A DNA stretch of 64,000 nucleotides from the NCBI GenBank assembly GCA_035540475.1, contig DATLGK010000001.1:3989-67988 (forward strand). Reading direction: 5' to 3'. Of the stretch, positions 30,890 to 39,693 are shown piece by piece (the first letter of the stretch is position 1; every line of letters starts with the position of its first letter). The notes under the pieces were generated by a model that had not been told where the DNA came from, did no database searches, and worked only from the letters and a program-made list of their open reading frames with translations. The translations under genes and the position numbers were made by a program. This DNA comes from Sphingomicrobium sp. GTDB lineage: Bacteria > Pseudomonadota > Alphaproteobacteria > Sphingomonadales > Sphingomonadaceae.

Positions 30890-31681
30890 ATGTTGGACCT
30901 GCTCTTCGCTGCCGGGGTCGTCGCTGCGTCGCCGGGTGCAACAGTGCCGGCGATGCCGGAAGCAACACCGGCCATGTACATGGTCCGCGATGCCGACACG
31001 ACCATCTACATTTTCGGAACCTTCCATGCGCTGGATGGCGAGGCCAATTGGTTCGGCGAACGCCTGCGCGCAGCGTTCGACCAGTCGAGCGAACTCGTGC
31101 TCGAGACCCTCATCCCCGACACGCCAGCAGTAGCCCACCAGTTCGGTCCGGGTTTCCGGCCGCCCTCGGTCACGCCTTCGGGCTCGTTTCTCGCCACCAC
31201 GCGGATGGCGATCGACGCTGGCCGCTCACAAGGCATGCAAGTCGAAAAAGGCGCCGACATGATCCTGCGCCGCGCTGCGGAGGCTCAGGGCAAACCGGTC
31301 GCCGGCCTCGAGACGCTGGAGCTTCAGTTCAGCATGTTCAACCGCATGCCTGCGCCGGCAACCGTCCCGGCGAAGGCCGCCCCTTCGGCCGCCGCACGGG
31401 ACGAGGCACTGTCCCGGGCAATGGTCATGATGCAGGCGGCCTGGAAGCGCGGCGACCAGAGCGTGTTCGTCAGCATGCTCGACCAGCTGCGCAACGGCTC
31501 GCCCGAAACCTATCGGATGATGTTCACCGAACGAAACGAGCGCTGGGCCGACTGGATCAGGGCACGGATGCAGACGCCAGGGACAGTGTTCGTCGCCGTC
31601 GGCACCGGTCATCTGGTGGGCAAGGACAGCCTTCTTGTCCGTCTCGCCGAGCGCGGGATCTCATCGCAGCGGGTGAATTAG
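30890..31681 (+). CDS. TraB/GumN-family protein (paralogue)
   Basis: FGTFHAL, GLET, ERNERW, AVGTGHL. Confidence 0.88.
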   Translation: MLDLLFAAGVVAASPGATVPAMPEATPAMYMVRDADTTIYIFGTFHALDGEANWFGERLRAAFDQSSELVLETLIPDTPAVAHQFGPGFRPPSVTPSGSFLATTRMAIDAGRSQGMQVEKGADMILRRAAEAQGKPVAGLETLELQFSMFNRMPAPATVPAKAAPSAAARDEALSRAMVMMQAAWKRGDQSVFVSMLDQLRNGSPETYRMMFTERNERWADWIRARMQTPGTVFVAVGTGHLVGKDSLLVRLAERGISSQRVN

Positions 31682-31713
31682 ACTCGAACGGCCGTCGCGA
31701 CTATCGGACGTCT

Positions 31714-32181
31714 ATGGTCAATCGCCGAAATTTCCTCATTCTCGCAAGCGCGGCATTACTTGCTGCGCCAACGTCAGCGAACGCACAGCGACGGCCACGA
31801 ATTCTGTTCGTCTGTCAATTCGGGTCGGTCAAAAGCCCGATTGCGCGCGAGCTGCTCAAGCGGGCAGCGCAAAGACGCGGGGTTCGTCTAGAAGTTTCGG
31901 CGCGCGGAATCACGCCGGAGGATCATATCAGCGCTGAGCTCAAGGCGCGGCTCGCAAGCGAAGGAATCAATCCTGCCGCCGAGCCGCTGCGGCAATTGCG
32001 GCCCGAGGATGTGGCAGCGGCCGACCTGGTCGTCGGTTTCGCCAAGCTACCGCCGAAGCTCCTTCCACGCCACTTCGCCGACTGGACCGACCTGCCCTCC
32101 ATGAACAATGACTATATTGGTGCGAGGGCCCTATTGGACGTGCGCATCGAGCAACTCCTCGACACCTTCGCCCGGCGCTAA
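31714..32181 (+). CDS. Tat-signal LMW-PTP/ArsC-fold protein
   Basis: NRRNFLI twin-arginine signal, RILFVCQFGSVKSPIA P-loop, SARG, ADLVV. Confidence 0.7.
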   Translation: MVNRRNFLILASAALLAAPTSANAQRRPRILFVCQFGSVKSPIARELLKRAAQRRGVRLEVSARGITPEDHISAELKARLASEGINPAAEPLRQLRPEDVAAADLVVGFAKLPPKLLPRHFADWTDLPSMNNDYIGARALLDVRIEQLLDTFARR

Positions 32182-32228
32182 GGGCCACGCCTTGGCCAGG
32201 CCTCCTCCCCGCGCTTGGAGGACATCGC

Positions 32229-32257
32229 TTGCATTGAGAACGCGTCTGCACTAGTGC
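32229..32257 (+). promoter_or_regulatory. Putative sigma70 promoter of rplY
   Basis: TTGCAT-N17-TAGTGC. Confidence 0.45.
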
Positions 32258-32327
32258 GCGCGCTCCCCCGTCATGGTCATCCCTGGAGGCGTGGCGCGGG
32301 GCTATTTAGCAATCGGAGAATAGCCAA

Positions 32328-33008
32328 ATGAGCGAACAGCTGACGCTGCCCGCCGAGGCGCGCGAACGGGCTGGCAAGGGAGCCTCCCGTGCACTGCGCC
32401 GCGAAGGTCGGGTGCCCGCCGTGGTGTACGGCGAAAAGAAGGAGCCCTTGTCGATTCACGTCGAAGAGAAGCTTCTCACCAAGATGCTTCACACGGGCCA
32501 CTTCATGAACTCGGTGGTGATGATCGACCTCGCCGGCAAGGCGCACCGCACGCTGCCCAAGGCGGTCGACTTCCACCCCGTCACCAGCCGCCCGGTCCAC
32601 GTCGACTTCCTGCGCATCGGCGAACACACCAAGGTCACCGTCGCGGTGCCCGTGCGGTTCGACAATGAAGACGCATCGCCGGGCCTGAAGCGCGGCGGCG
32701 TGCTCAACGTCGTCAGCCATGAGCTCGAGCTGGTCTGTGACGCGGCGCACATCCCGAACGAAATCCACATCGCGCTCGACGGGCTGGACATCGGCGATTC
32801 GATCCACATCAGCCAAGTCCAATTGCCTCAGGGCGTAGAGGCGGCGAACAAGGACGAGGATTTCACCGTGGCGACGATCGTCGCACCGTCGGCGATGAAG
32901 TCCGAAGAGGATGAGGCCGCGGCGACGCCAGCGGGCGAAGTGCCGACGGTCGAAGGCGGCGCCGAGGAAGGCGAAACCGAAGGGACCGAGGAAGAAGGCG
33001 GCGAATAA
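32328..33008 (+). CDS. rplY: 50S ribosomal protein L25/Ctc
   Basis: [32 protein letters not shown], acidic tail. Confidence 0.97.
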   Translation: MSEQLTLPAEARERAGKGASRALRREGRVPAVVYGEKKEPLSIHVEEKLLTKMLHTGHFMNSVVMIDLAGKAHRTLPKAVDFHPVTSRPVHVDFLRIGEHTKVTVAVPVRFDNEDASPGLKRGGVLNVVSHELELVCDAAHIPNEIHIALDGLDIGDSIHISQVQLPQGVEAANKDEDFTVATIVAPSAMKSEEDEAAATPAGEVPTVEGGAEEGETEGTEEEGGE

Positions 33009-33033
33009 GCCCCCTCCCTCCCACCGACCACAA

Positions 33034-33071
33034 GGAGCCGCTCGTCCCGTCGGGACGGGCGGTTTCTTTTT
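33034..33071 (+). terminator. Intrinsic terminator after rplY
   Basis: GAGCCGCTCGTCCC/GGGACGGGCGGTTTC stem followed by a T-tract. Confidence 0.8.
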
Positions 33072-33098
33072 GGCCCATGCTCACGCTAGGGGGCGGCG

Positions 33099-33677
33099 AT
33101 GCAAATCTGGGTCGGCCTTGGCAATCCCGGCGCGCAATATGCGCTGCACCGGCACAATGTCGGCTTCATGGCCGCCGACATCCTCGCGGAGGTGCACGGC
33201 TTCTCGTCCTGGACGAAGAAATTCCGCAGCCTCACCGCCGAAGGGCGCATCGGCCGCCACCGCATCCTGCTCTTGAAGCCGCAGACCTATATGAACGACA
33301 GCGGCGATGCTGTTGCTCAGGCGCTGCGCTTCTACAAGCTCGACATGGACGCGCTGACGGTCTTCCATGACGAGCTCGACCTCGCGCCGTTCAAGCTCAA
33401 GGTGAAGGTCGGCGGCGGCACGGCGGGGCATAACGGTCTCCGCTCGATCGACGCCCATCTCGGTCCCGATTTCCGCCGGGTGCGCATCGGCATCGGCCAT
33501 CCCGGCCCGGGGCTCAAGCATCTCGTCACGCCGCACGTCCTGGGCAATTATTCGAAGGCCGAGATGGAACCTTTGTCGGACCTCCTCGCGGCGATCGCCG
33601 CGGAAGCCGACTGGCTCGCCGATGGCGAGGACGCGCGCTTCATGAGCGAGGTGGCACTGAGAATGCAGCAAGAATGA
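33099..33677 (+). CDS. pth: Peptidyl-tRNA hydrolase
   Basis: GLGNPG, RHNVGF, KPQTYMN, HDELD, GHNGLRSI. Confidence 0.97.
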   Translation: MQIWVGLGNPGAQYALHRHNVGFMAADILAEVHGFSSWTKKFRSLTAEGRIGRHRILLLKPQTYMNDSGDAVAQALRFYKLDMDALTVFHDELDLAPFKLKVKVGGGTAGHNGLRSIDAHLGPDFRRVRIGIGHPGPGLKHLVTPHVLGNYSKAEMEPLSDLLAAIAAEADWLADGEDARFMSEVALRMQQE

Positions 33678-34510
33678 ATGCCGGCGTTCCACGGTTGGTC
33701 TTCGCGCTGGCGTCCGCCGTGGCCGTCGGCGCTGGCGCAGCGGCGCTGGCGATGACTGGATCGCCGCCCTCGACCTGGGTCCGCAACCCGTTGTCTTGGC
33801 TCGTCGGGGCGGTCCTTGCGGCATTCCTCTACCCTCCGCGCGGCGAACGGTCCTCGCTGGTCGCAATCGCGCTCGCCCTCGCCGTCCTGCTCGCCACTTT
33901 CGCGGCGGCGCCGGTCGACGGCGTCCACCGGTGGCTCGACATCGGGCCGCTGCACATCAATGCCGCCGCATTGGTTCTTCCCTCGCTTCTCGCCCTGCTC
34001 GCCCGGACGGAGGGCTTTACGATCCAGGCCGCAACCGTCGCCGCGACGGGCACGATTCTCGTGCTTCAGCCGGACGCCTCACAGGCGACGGCTTTCGCCG
34101 GCGCTTCGGCCCTGATCCTGCTCGTTCGCGCCCGCTCTCCATGGAAGAAGCTGCTCGGCGTCGCGATGTGCCTCGCCGTGGCGGCCTCCAGCTGGCTCCG
34201 GCCCGACACCCTCGACCCCGTCCCCGAGGTCGAGGGTATTTTCGTGCTGGCGATGCAGGCGTCCCCGGCGCTCGCCTTTGTCGCCGGTGCCGGGCTCGCC
34301 CTCGCTTGTGCTGCTCCGCTGTTCGGCGCCGTCAGCCGCGAGCGAAACAGCGCGCCCGCCGCCTTGACGCTCTACTTCGCCGTCAGCGCGCTTGCGCCGG
34401 CAGTCGCCGATTTTCCTGTCCCACTGGTCGGCCTGGGAATGAGCTTCCCGCTCGGCTGGTGGATCGGGATCGCCCTTGCACGGCCAGCTTCGGACGCGAT
34501 CGGCCGATGA
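33674..34510 (+). CDS. Polytopic membrane protein, divergent FtsW/RodA(SEDS)-like
   Basis: About 9 hydrophobic segments; VDGVHRWLDIGPL, LQPD and PVPLVGLG resemble SEDS motifs. Confidence 0.55.
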   Translation: MNAGVPRLVFALASAVAVGAGAAALAMTGSPPSTWVRNPLSWLVGAVLAAFLYPPRGERSSLVAIALALAVLLATFAAAPVDGVHRWLDIGPLHINAAALVLPSLLALLARTEGFTIQAATVAATGTILVLQPDASQATAFAGASALILLVRARSPWKKLLGVAMCLAVAASSWLRPDTLDPVPEVEGIFVLAMQASPALAFVAGAGLALACAAPLFGAVSRERNSAPAALTLYFAVSALAPAVADFPVPLVGLGMSFPLGWWIGIALARPASDAIGR

Positions 34511-35085
34511 TCATCCGGCCCATCTTCGTCACCAAGCTCTACGAAGCCGGAATCGACGGCGAGCCTCTCCTCGCCGCCCTCGCCCGGTCGATCCGCAGCT
34601 TCGCGGCCGACGACCAGGCCGGGAGGCGTTGGTCGCGCGAGCACCGGTACGCAGGCTACACCAGCTATGCCTCACTGAACGACCTGCCACGGCGCGATCC
34701 CGCTTTCGCCGAGGTCGCCAAGCTTTTGGCTCGCCACGCCTCAAAGTTCGCGCAGGAGTGCGCGTTCGACTTCGAACGCAAGCCGCGGCTCGACAGCCTG
34801 TGGGTCAATCTGTTGAAAGCCGGTGGGCATCACAGTGGACACATCCACCCGCACAGCATCATTTCCGGCACGCTTTATGTCGAAGTCCCCGTGGGGTCGG
34901 GCGCGATCCGCTTCGAGGATCCGCGGCTGCCTCTGATGATGGCCGCGCCGCCGCGCGCGAATACATTCGTCACGGTCGAGCCCCGCCCCGGGCTGCTGCT
35001 GATGTGGGAAAGCTGGCTTCGCCACGAGGTGCTGGCCGGCACCGGCAAAGGCGAGCGGTTGAGCATTAGCTTCAATTTCGCGTAG
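34507..35085 (+). CDS. TIGR02466-type putative 2OG-Fe(II) oxygenase
   Basis: GYTSYASLNDL, HIHP, WLRHEV, RLSISFN. Confidence 0.85.
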   Translation: MIIRPIFVTKLYEAGIDGEPLLAALARSIRSFAADDQAGRRWSREHRYAGYTSYASLNDLPRRDPAFAEVAKLLARHASKFAQECAFDFERKPRLDSLWVNLLKAGGHHSGHIHPHSIISGTLYVEVPVGSGAIRFEDPRLPLMMAAPPRANTFVTVEPRPGLLLMWESWLRHEVLAGTGKGERLSISFNFA

Positions 35086-35100
35086 AGGGCACCCGACTTT

Positions 35101-35172
35101 CCGTCATTGCGAGCGAAGCGAAGCAATCCAGCAGCCTGGATCGCCGCGTCGCGACGCTCCTCGCGATGACGG
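35101..35172. repeat. Palindromic REP/RPE-like intergenic element
   Basis: Terminal inverted repeats CCGTCATTGCGAG/CTCGCGATGACGG with an inner ATCCAG/CTGGAT stem. Matches the common alphaproteobacterial GTCATTGCGAG..GAAGCAATCC repeat. Confidence 0.8.
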
Positions 35173-35188
35173 CGATACAGGAGAAATC

Positions 35189-36289
35189 ATGGGCTTCCGC
35201 TGCGGCATCGTCGGCCTGCCGAACGTCGGCAAATCGACGCTATTCAATGCATTGACCGAGACGGCCGCTGCCCAGGCGGCCAATTATCCCTTCTGCACGA
35301 TCGAGCCCAATGTCGGCCGCGTCGCCGTGCCCGATCCGCGGCTCGACCAGATCCGCGAGATCGCAGGCTCGGCCCAGGAGATCGAAACCCAGATCGAGTT
35401 CGTCGACATCGCCGGCCTGGTCCGCGGGGCGAGCAAGGGCGAGGGCCTGGGCAATCAGTTCCTCGCCAACATCCGCGAGGTCGATGCGATCGTCCACGTG
35501 CTGCGCTGCTTCGAGGGCGGCGACGTCACCCATGTCGAGGGCCGGGTCGACCCGATCGCCGACGCCGAAGTCGTCGAGACCGAGCTGATGCTGGCCGACC
35601 TCGAATCGCTCGAGCGGCGCGTGCCGAACCTGGTCAAGAAAGCGCAGCAGGGCGACAAGGAGGCGAAGATCGAGGCAAGCGTGCTCGGCCAGGCGCTCGA
35701 GCTGCTGCGCGCGTCGAAGGCGGCGCGGCTGGCCCAGCCCAAGGACGCGGAAGAGGCCAAGGCGCTCGCCCGCGCGCAGCTGCTCACCGCCAAGCCCGTG
35801 CTTTACGTGTGCAACGTCGATGAAGGCGACGCCGCGAGCGGCAACGCCTTCTCTCAGCGCGTGTTCGACAAGGCCGCGACCGAGGGCGCCGAGGCAGTGG
35901 TGATTTCCGCGGCGATCGAGGCGGAGATCGCGACGCTTCCGCCCGAGGAACGCAGCGCCTTCCTGTCCGACCTCGGTCTTGAAGAGACGGGCCTCAATCG
36001 AATGATCCACGCGGCCTACAAATTGCTCGGCCTGATCACGTTCTACACCGCGGGCCCGAAAGAAGCGCGCGCCTGGACCGTTCGCAAAGGGGCCAAGGCG
36101 CCCGAGGCCGCGGGCGCGATCCATACCGACTTCGAGCGGGGGTTCATCCGCGCCGAGACCATCGCCTTCGCCGATTATGTCCGCTTCGGCGGCGAGGCCG
36201 GCGCGCGCGACGCCGGCAAGCTGCGCGCCGAGGGCAAGGAATATGTGGTGCAGGACGGGGACGTGATGCTGTTCCGCTTCAACGTCTAG
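35189..36289 (+). CDS. ychF: Redox-regulated ATPase YchF
   Basis: [28 protein letters not shown] domain ending [11 protein letters not shown]. Confidence 0.98.
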   Translation: MGFRCGIVGLPNVGKSTLFNALTETAAAQAANYPFCTIEPNVGRVAVPDPRLDQIREIAGSAQEIETQIEFVDIAGLVRGASKGEGLGNQFLANIREVDAIVHVLRCFEGGDVTHVEGRVDPIADAEVVETELMLADLESLERRVPNLVKKAQQGDKEAKIEASVLGQALELLRASKAARLAQPKDAEEAKALARAQLLTAKPVLYVCNVDEGDAASGNAFSQRVFDKAATEGAEAVVISAAIEAEIATLPPEERSAFLSDLGLEETGLNRMIHAAYKLLGLITFYTAGPKEARAWTVRKGAKAPEAAGAIHTDFERGFIRAETIAFADYVRFGGEAGARDAGKLRAEGKEYVVQDGDVMLFRFNV

Positions 36290-36933
36290 TAATCGTCCCT
36301 CCCCGCCTGGGCGTTCGGCGGCCCGGCGCGGAGCAACCGTTCCGCCGCTCGCATCGTCACCAGGACCCAAAGCAGCCCGAATGCCCATCCGCCGATCACG
36401 TCGCTCGGCCAGTGGACGCCCAGCATGACGCGGCTCGTGCCGATCAGCAGCGACAGACATATGGCGGCCGCGGCCGCCGCGCGGGCCCAGCGAGTCCCCG
36501 AAGCGAGCGCAAGGGCGAGCGCGAGATAGAAGATCATCGAGCTGCTTGCATGGCCGCTCGGGAAGGACTGGGTCTTCACCACCACCAGATGCACCTCGAG
36601 GTCAGGGCGGACGCGGGCAATCCAATATTTCTGGGATTCGCTGAGCAGACGGCCGATCATGGCGATCGCCAGCAGCGCAAGTCCCAGGCGCCCCCGGCCC
36701 GCGTACCAGAGCCAGAGCCAGGCGGCGACGGCGGCCGGGATCAGTAGCGTCGGTTCGCCAAGTGAGGTGAAGAAGTGCGCAATCGCCGCCCAAGCACGAC
36801 GGTCGCCTGCATAAAGCGCTTGATAGATGCTGCGATCGAGCGGCCCCGTCCCCATCAGCATCATCAGCAGCCAGAGCAGGGGCAGCACGACGAGCGTGCC
36901 GACGAATTTCCAGTTCACGTGCCGCGAGACCAT
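36286..36933 (-). CDS. PAP2-family membrane phosphatase
   Basis: KYWIARVRP, SFPSGH, SRVMLGVHWPSD. Confidence 0.9.
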   Translation of the reverse strand: MVSRHVNWKFVGTLVVLPLLWLLMMLMGTGPLDRSIYQALYAGDRRAWAAIAHFFTSLGEPTLLIPAAVAAWLWLWYAGRGRLGLALLAIAMIGRLLSESQKYWIARVRPDLEVHLVVVKTQSFPSGHASSSMIFYLALALALASGTRWARAAAAAAICLSLLIGTSRVMLGVHWPSDVIGGWAFGLLWVLVTMRAAERLLRAGPPNAQAGRDDY

Positions 36934-36990
36934 GGCTCGCCCAACCCACGAACCGACCGCGATGTTGCGATCGGCAAGCCGCTGGCTGGG

Positions 36991-39612
36991 TTAGAACTTC
37001 AGGCCGGCGCGGGCGCCGAATGTGCGTGGACGTCCCGGCAAAATGTAGGACCTGGTGCAAATGCTGCAGGAGACGAAGCGCGCTACCTGGTTGCGCTGGT
37101 CGAACACGTTGGTGGTGAACAGCTCGAAGCTGTAATTGCGCCAAGCATATCCGGCGAAGAGGTCAACCAAGGTCGAGCTCTTGATGCGGCCGAGATAGCT
37201 GTTGGGGTTGGTCCCCGCGCCATCTACGTTCTGGCGAATGTCGGCGCTTGCCGAGCTTTGGTGCGCAATGCTCGCCTGGACGTGCGGCTTTCCGGCCCCC
37301 AGCGACCATGTGTAGCGCGCCGTCGCGGTCCCCTTGAACTTCGGTGTGATCGGCAGCCTCGTACCCGACGGCGTCACGATCCAGTTGCCCGGCGCCGAAC
37401 AATCCGCCGACGGATCAACGGAAGAATGACAGATCGCGCCGCTCGTCTTTGCATCGGTGTAAGCGGCGGCCGCGCTCAGCGTCAGGCCATGCGCGGTGTA
37501 CGAGATATCGGTCTCGACGCCGTTAATCCTGGCGTTGCGGCCATTCTGGATGACGGTGAGGCTGTTCTCGCCAAGGAAGCTGAACTGGAATTTCTTCCAA
37601 ATCTGGCGATAGACCGCGCCGTTCCAGATCAGGCGCCCAAACGAGGTCTTCCAGCCGATTTCATAGTTGGTGAGATAGTCCGGCGCATAGGCAGGCGCAT
37701 TGGGCTGTCGGTTGATCCCGCCGGGTCGGAAACCGCGCGACCATGTACCGTAGAACATGAGCGTGTCCGTCGGCTTGTAGCGCGCGCTGAGGCGGTGGAT
37801 GAAGCCGTTGCCGGTCGTGCGCCGAGGCACCGCCTTGCCGTTCACCACATTGCCGACGTTGGTGCAGGGAATCCCTGAGATTCCCCCCGGAGCGAAGGCT
37901 GCTCCTTCGTCATCACGCAGCTGCAGCCCGTTGACGGTGAGGCAGCGCCGCACGCCGGAGCTTCCGCCTGCGCCGTTGGGCGGCGGCGGGAAACCATTGT
38001 CTTCGGTGAATGCCGGATTCTTGCCGAAACCGGCGAAGCCGAACAGGCTGTTGTCATATTTGAACAGGCGGCCGCCGGCGATCAGCGTGAGCTGCGGCGT
38101 GATGTCGAACTCCCCTTCCCCGAACAGCGCCCAGTCCTTGTCCTTGCGGTCCTGGAGCGTCAGCCACAACGTTCCTGGCCAACCGTTCACCGATAGCGCA
38201 GGGGCAAGGTTGGGGATCAGATAGTCCTGGTAAATGTGGTTTTTCTGAACCTGGTAGAAGCCGCCGACGATTGCCCGCGCACGCCAATCCTGGGGGGTCG
38301 CGATGCGCAACTCCTGGCTCATCTTTCGGAAGCGCTCGCTGCCGACGATATATTGGCGGGGGTCGATCGTGTTGCCGGCCGCGTCCTGGAAATAGAAGTA
38401 ATTGGCGAGGCCTCCGAGGCTTTCGTAATAAGCGTCATAGGCATCCGCGTAATCGGTATAGTCGCCGATGCCGTGAGTTGGGCGCTTCATGTACGCGCCG
38501 GCATATGTGACGTTGAAGTGAGAGAGCTTGCCTTCGACGGTGAGAGCGGCCTGGGTGAACTTGTCGCTCCGATATTCATCCCCGCGGAAGCGCTGAACCT
38601 TGAGGTCGCCAAGCGTCGGGTCAAACCCGTTGAATCCGTCATAGCGCGCTTTTTGGTGCATGATCGTCGGGGTCACGGTCCAATTGTCGTCGAGGTCGAC
38701 TTTGAGCGCCGCGCGCCCGCCATAGATTTTGGCGTCGTTGATGTTCCTCTTCACAAAGGCGGAATTGTTGACGCTGATGCCATTTCGCACGCAGCCGATC
38801 GGGTCGCCGCCCCCGTCGACGATGAGGTCGCCGCAATAAGTGCGCGAACCTGGGACATTGTCGATGAAGCCGGCGTTGCGCTGGTAGAAGCCGACGGCGC
38901 GGAAGGCGATATTGCTGGCAATCGGCAGGTTGAACATCGCCTGCAGCTTTCCGCCGACACCACCGTGGCGGACCGTGTTGATCTCGCCGTCCGCGCGCCC
39001 GTACGTGCCGGAAAGATCCGGCTTGTTGGTGATGATTCGGATCGTGCCCGCCTGGCTGGATGCTCCGTAGAGCGTGCCCTGCGGGCCAGCGAGGCTCTCG
39101 ATGCGGGCGATGTCATAGATATGGACGTCGAGCGCACCGCCGATCGTCGTCACCGGCTGCTCGTCGAGATAGACGCCGACCGAGGGAAGCGACCCGGAGT
39201 GATTGCCGTCGCCGCCGGTCGCGACGCCGCGCATGTAGACCACGGTCCCGCCCGACTGCGACGTGTTGAAACTGACCGACGGGAGCTGCTTCGTATATTC
39301 TTCGAAATTCGAGATATTGAGCTGGTCGAGGCGCCGAGTGCCAAGAACCTGAACGCTTTGCGGGACGTTCTGCAGATTCTCCTCGCGCTTGGTCGCGGTA
39401 ATGATGATTGCCGTTTCGTCGGGGACCTGTCCGTCCTGCGCCTGTTGAGCGAGCGGCGGAGGAGACGTGACGTTGGTTGCGTTCGTCGCCGGCGCCGGCG
39501 ACTGGCCCGTGGTCTGGGGCTCGGATTGCGTCCCCTGCGCGAAAGCGGGAGCAGTCAGCGCGGTGGAGGCGAGAAGTCCAAGTGTCAGTGCACCCCAAGC
39601 GCGGTCGTTCAT
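36991..39612 (-). CDS. TonB-dependent receptor
   Basis: Signal peptide, IIITATKREENLQ, plug motif RIESLAGPQGTLYG, C-terminal GLKF. Confidence 0.93.
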   Translation of the reverse strand: MNDRAWGALTLGLLASTALTAPAFAQGTQSEPQTTGQSPAPATNATNVTSPPPLAQQAQDGQVPDETAIIITATKREENLQNVPQSVQVLGTRRLDQLNISNFEEYTKQLPSVSFNTSQSGGTVVYMRGVATGGDGNHSGSLPSVGVYLDEQPVTTIGGALDVHIYDIARIESLAGPQGTLYGASSQAGTIRIITNKPDLSGTYGRADGEINTVRHGGVGGKLQAMFNLPIASNIAFRAVGFYQRNAGFIDNVPGSRTYCGDLIVDGGGDPIGCVRNGISVNNSAFVKRNINDAKIYGGRAALKVDLDDNWTVTPTIMHQKARYDGFNGFDPTLGDLKVQRFRGDEYRSDKFTQAALTVEGKLSHFNVTYAGAYMKRPTHGIGDYTDYADAYDAYYESLGGLANYFYFQDAAGNTIDPRQYIVGSERFRKMSQELRIATPQDWRARAIVGGFYQVQKNHIYQDYLIPNLAPALSVNGWPGTLWLTLQDRKDKDWALFGEGEFDITPQLTLIAGGRLFKYDNSLFGFAGFGKNPAFTEDNGFPPPPNGAGGSSGVRRCLTVNGLQLRDDEGAAFAPGGISGIPCTNVGNVVNGKAVPRRTTGNGFIHRLSARYKPTDTLMFYGTWSRGFRPGGINRQPNAPAYAPDYLTNYEIGWKTSFGRLIWNGAVYRQIWKKFQFSFLGENSLTVIQNGRNARINGVETDISYTAHGLTLSAAAAYTDAKTSGAICHSSVDPSADCSAPGNWIVTPSGTRLPITPKFKGTATARYTWSLGAGKPHVQASIAHQSSASADIRQNVDGAGTNPNSYLGRIKSSTLVDLFAGYAWRNYSFELFTTNVFDQRNQVARFVSCSICTRSYILPGRPRTFGARAGLKF

Positions 39613-39693
39613 AACCCCTCCCCCTTTTGCGACGCATTGCGTCACAGCCCTTATCGTTAGTCAACAGCCTCGATGCTGCAGCGATGACGATTG

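Noticed and set aside
30802-31713. N-terminal 300 aa of the 459-aa ORF, suggesting a fusion
   Set aside because: It overlaps the TraB paralogue out of frame and is Arg/Pro-rich noise. The real gene starts at 31714.
36286-36933. PAP2 as the recycler of PAP released by the sulfotransferase
   Set aside because: The name is a coincidence. PAP2 is the phosphatidic-acid/lipid phosphatase fold, whereas PAP nucleotidases are CysQ/NrnA families.
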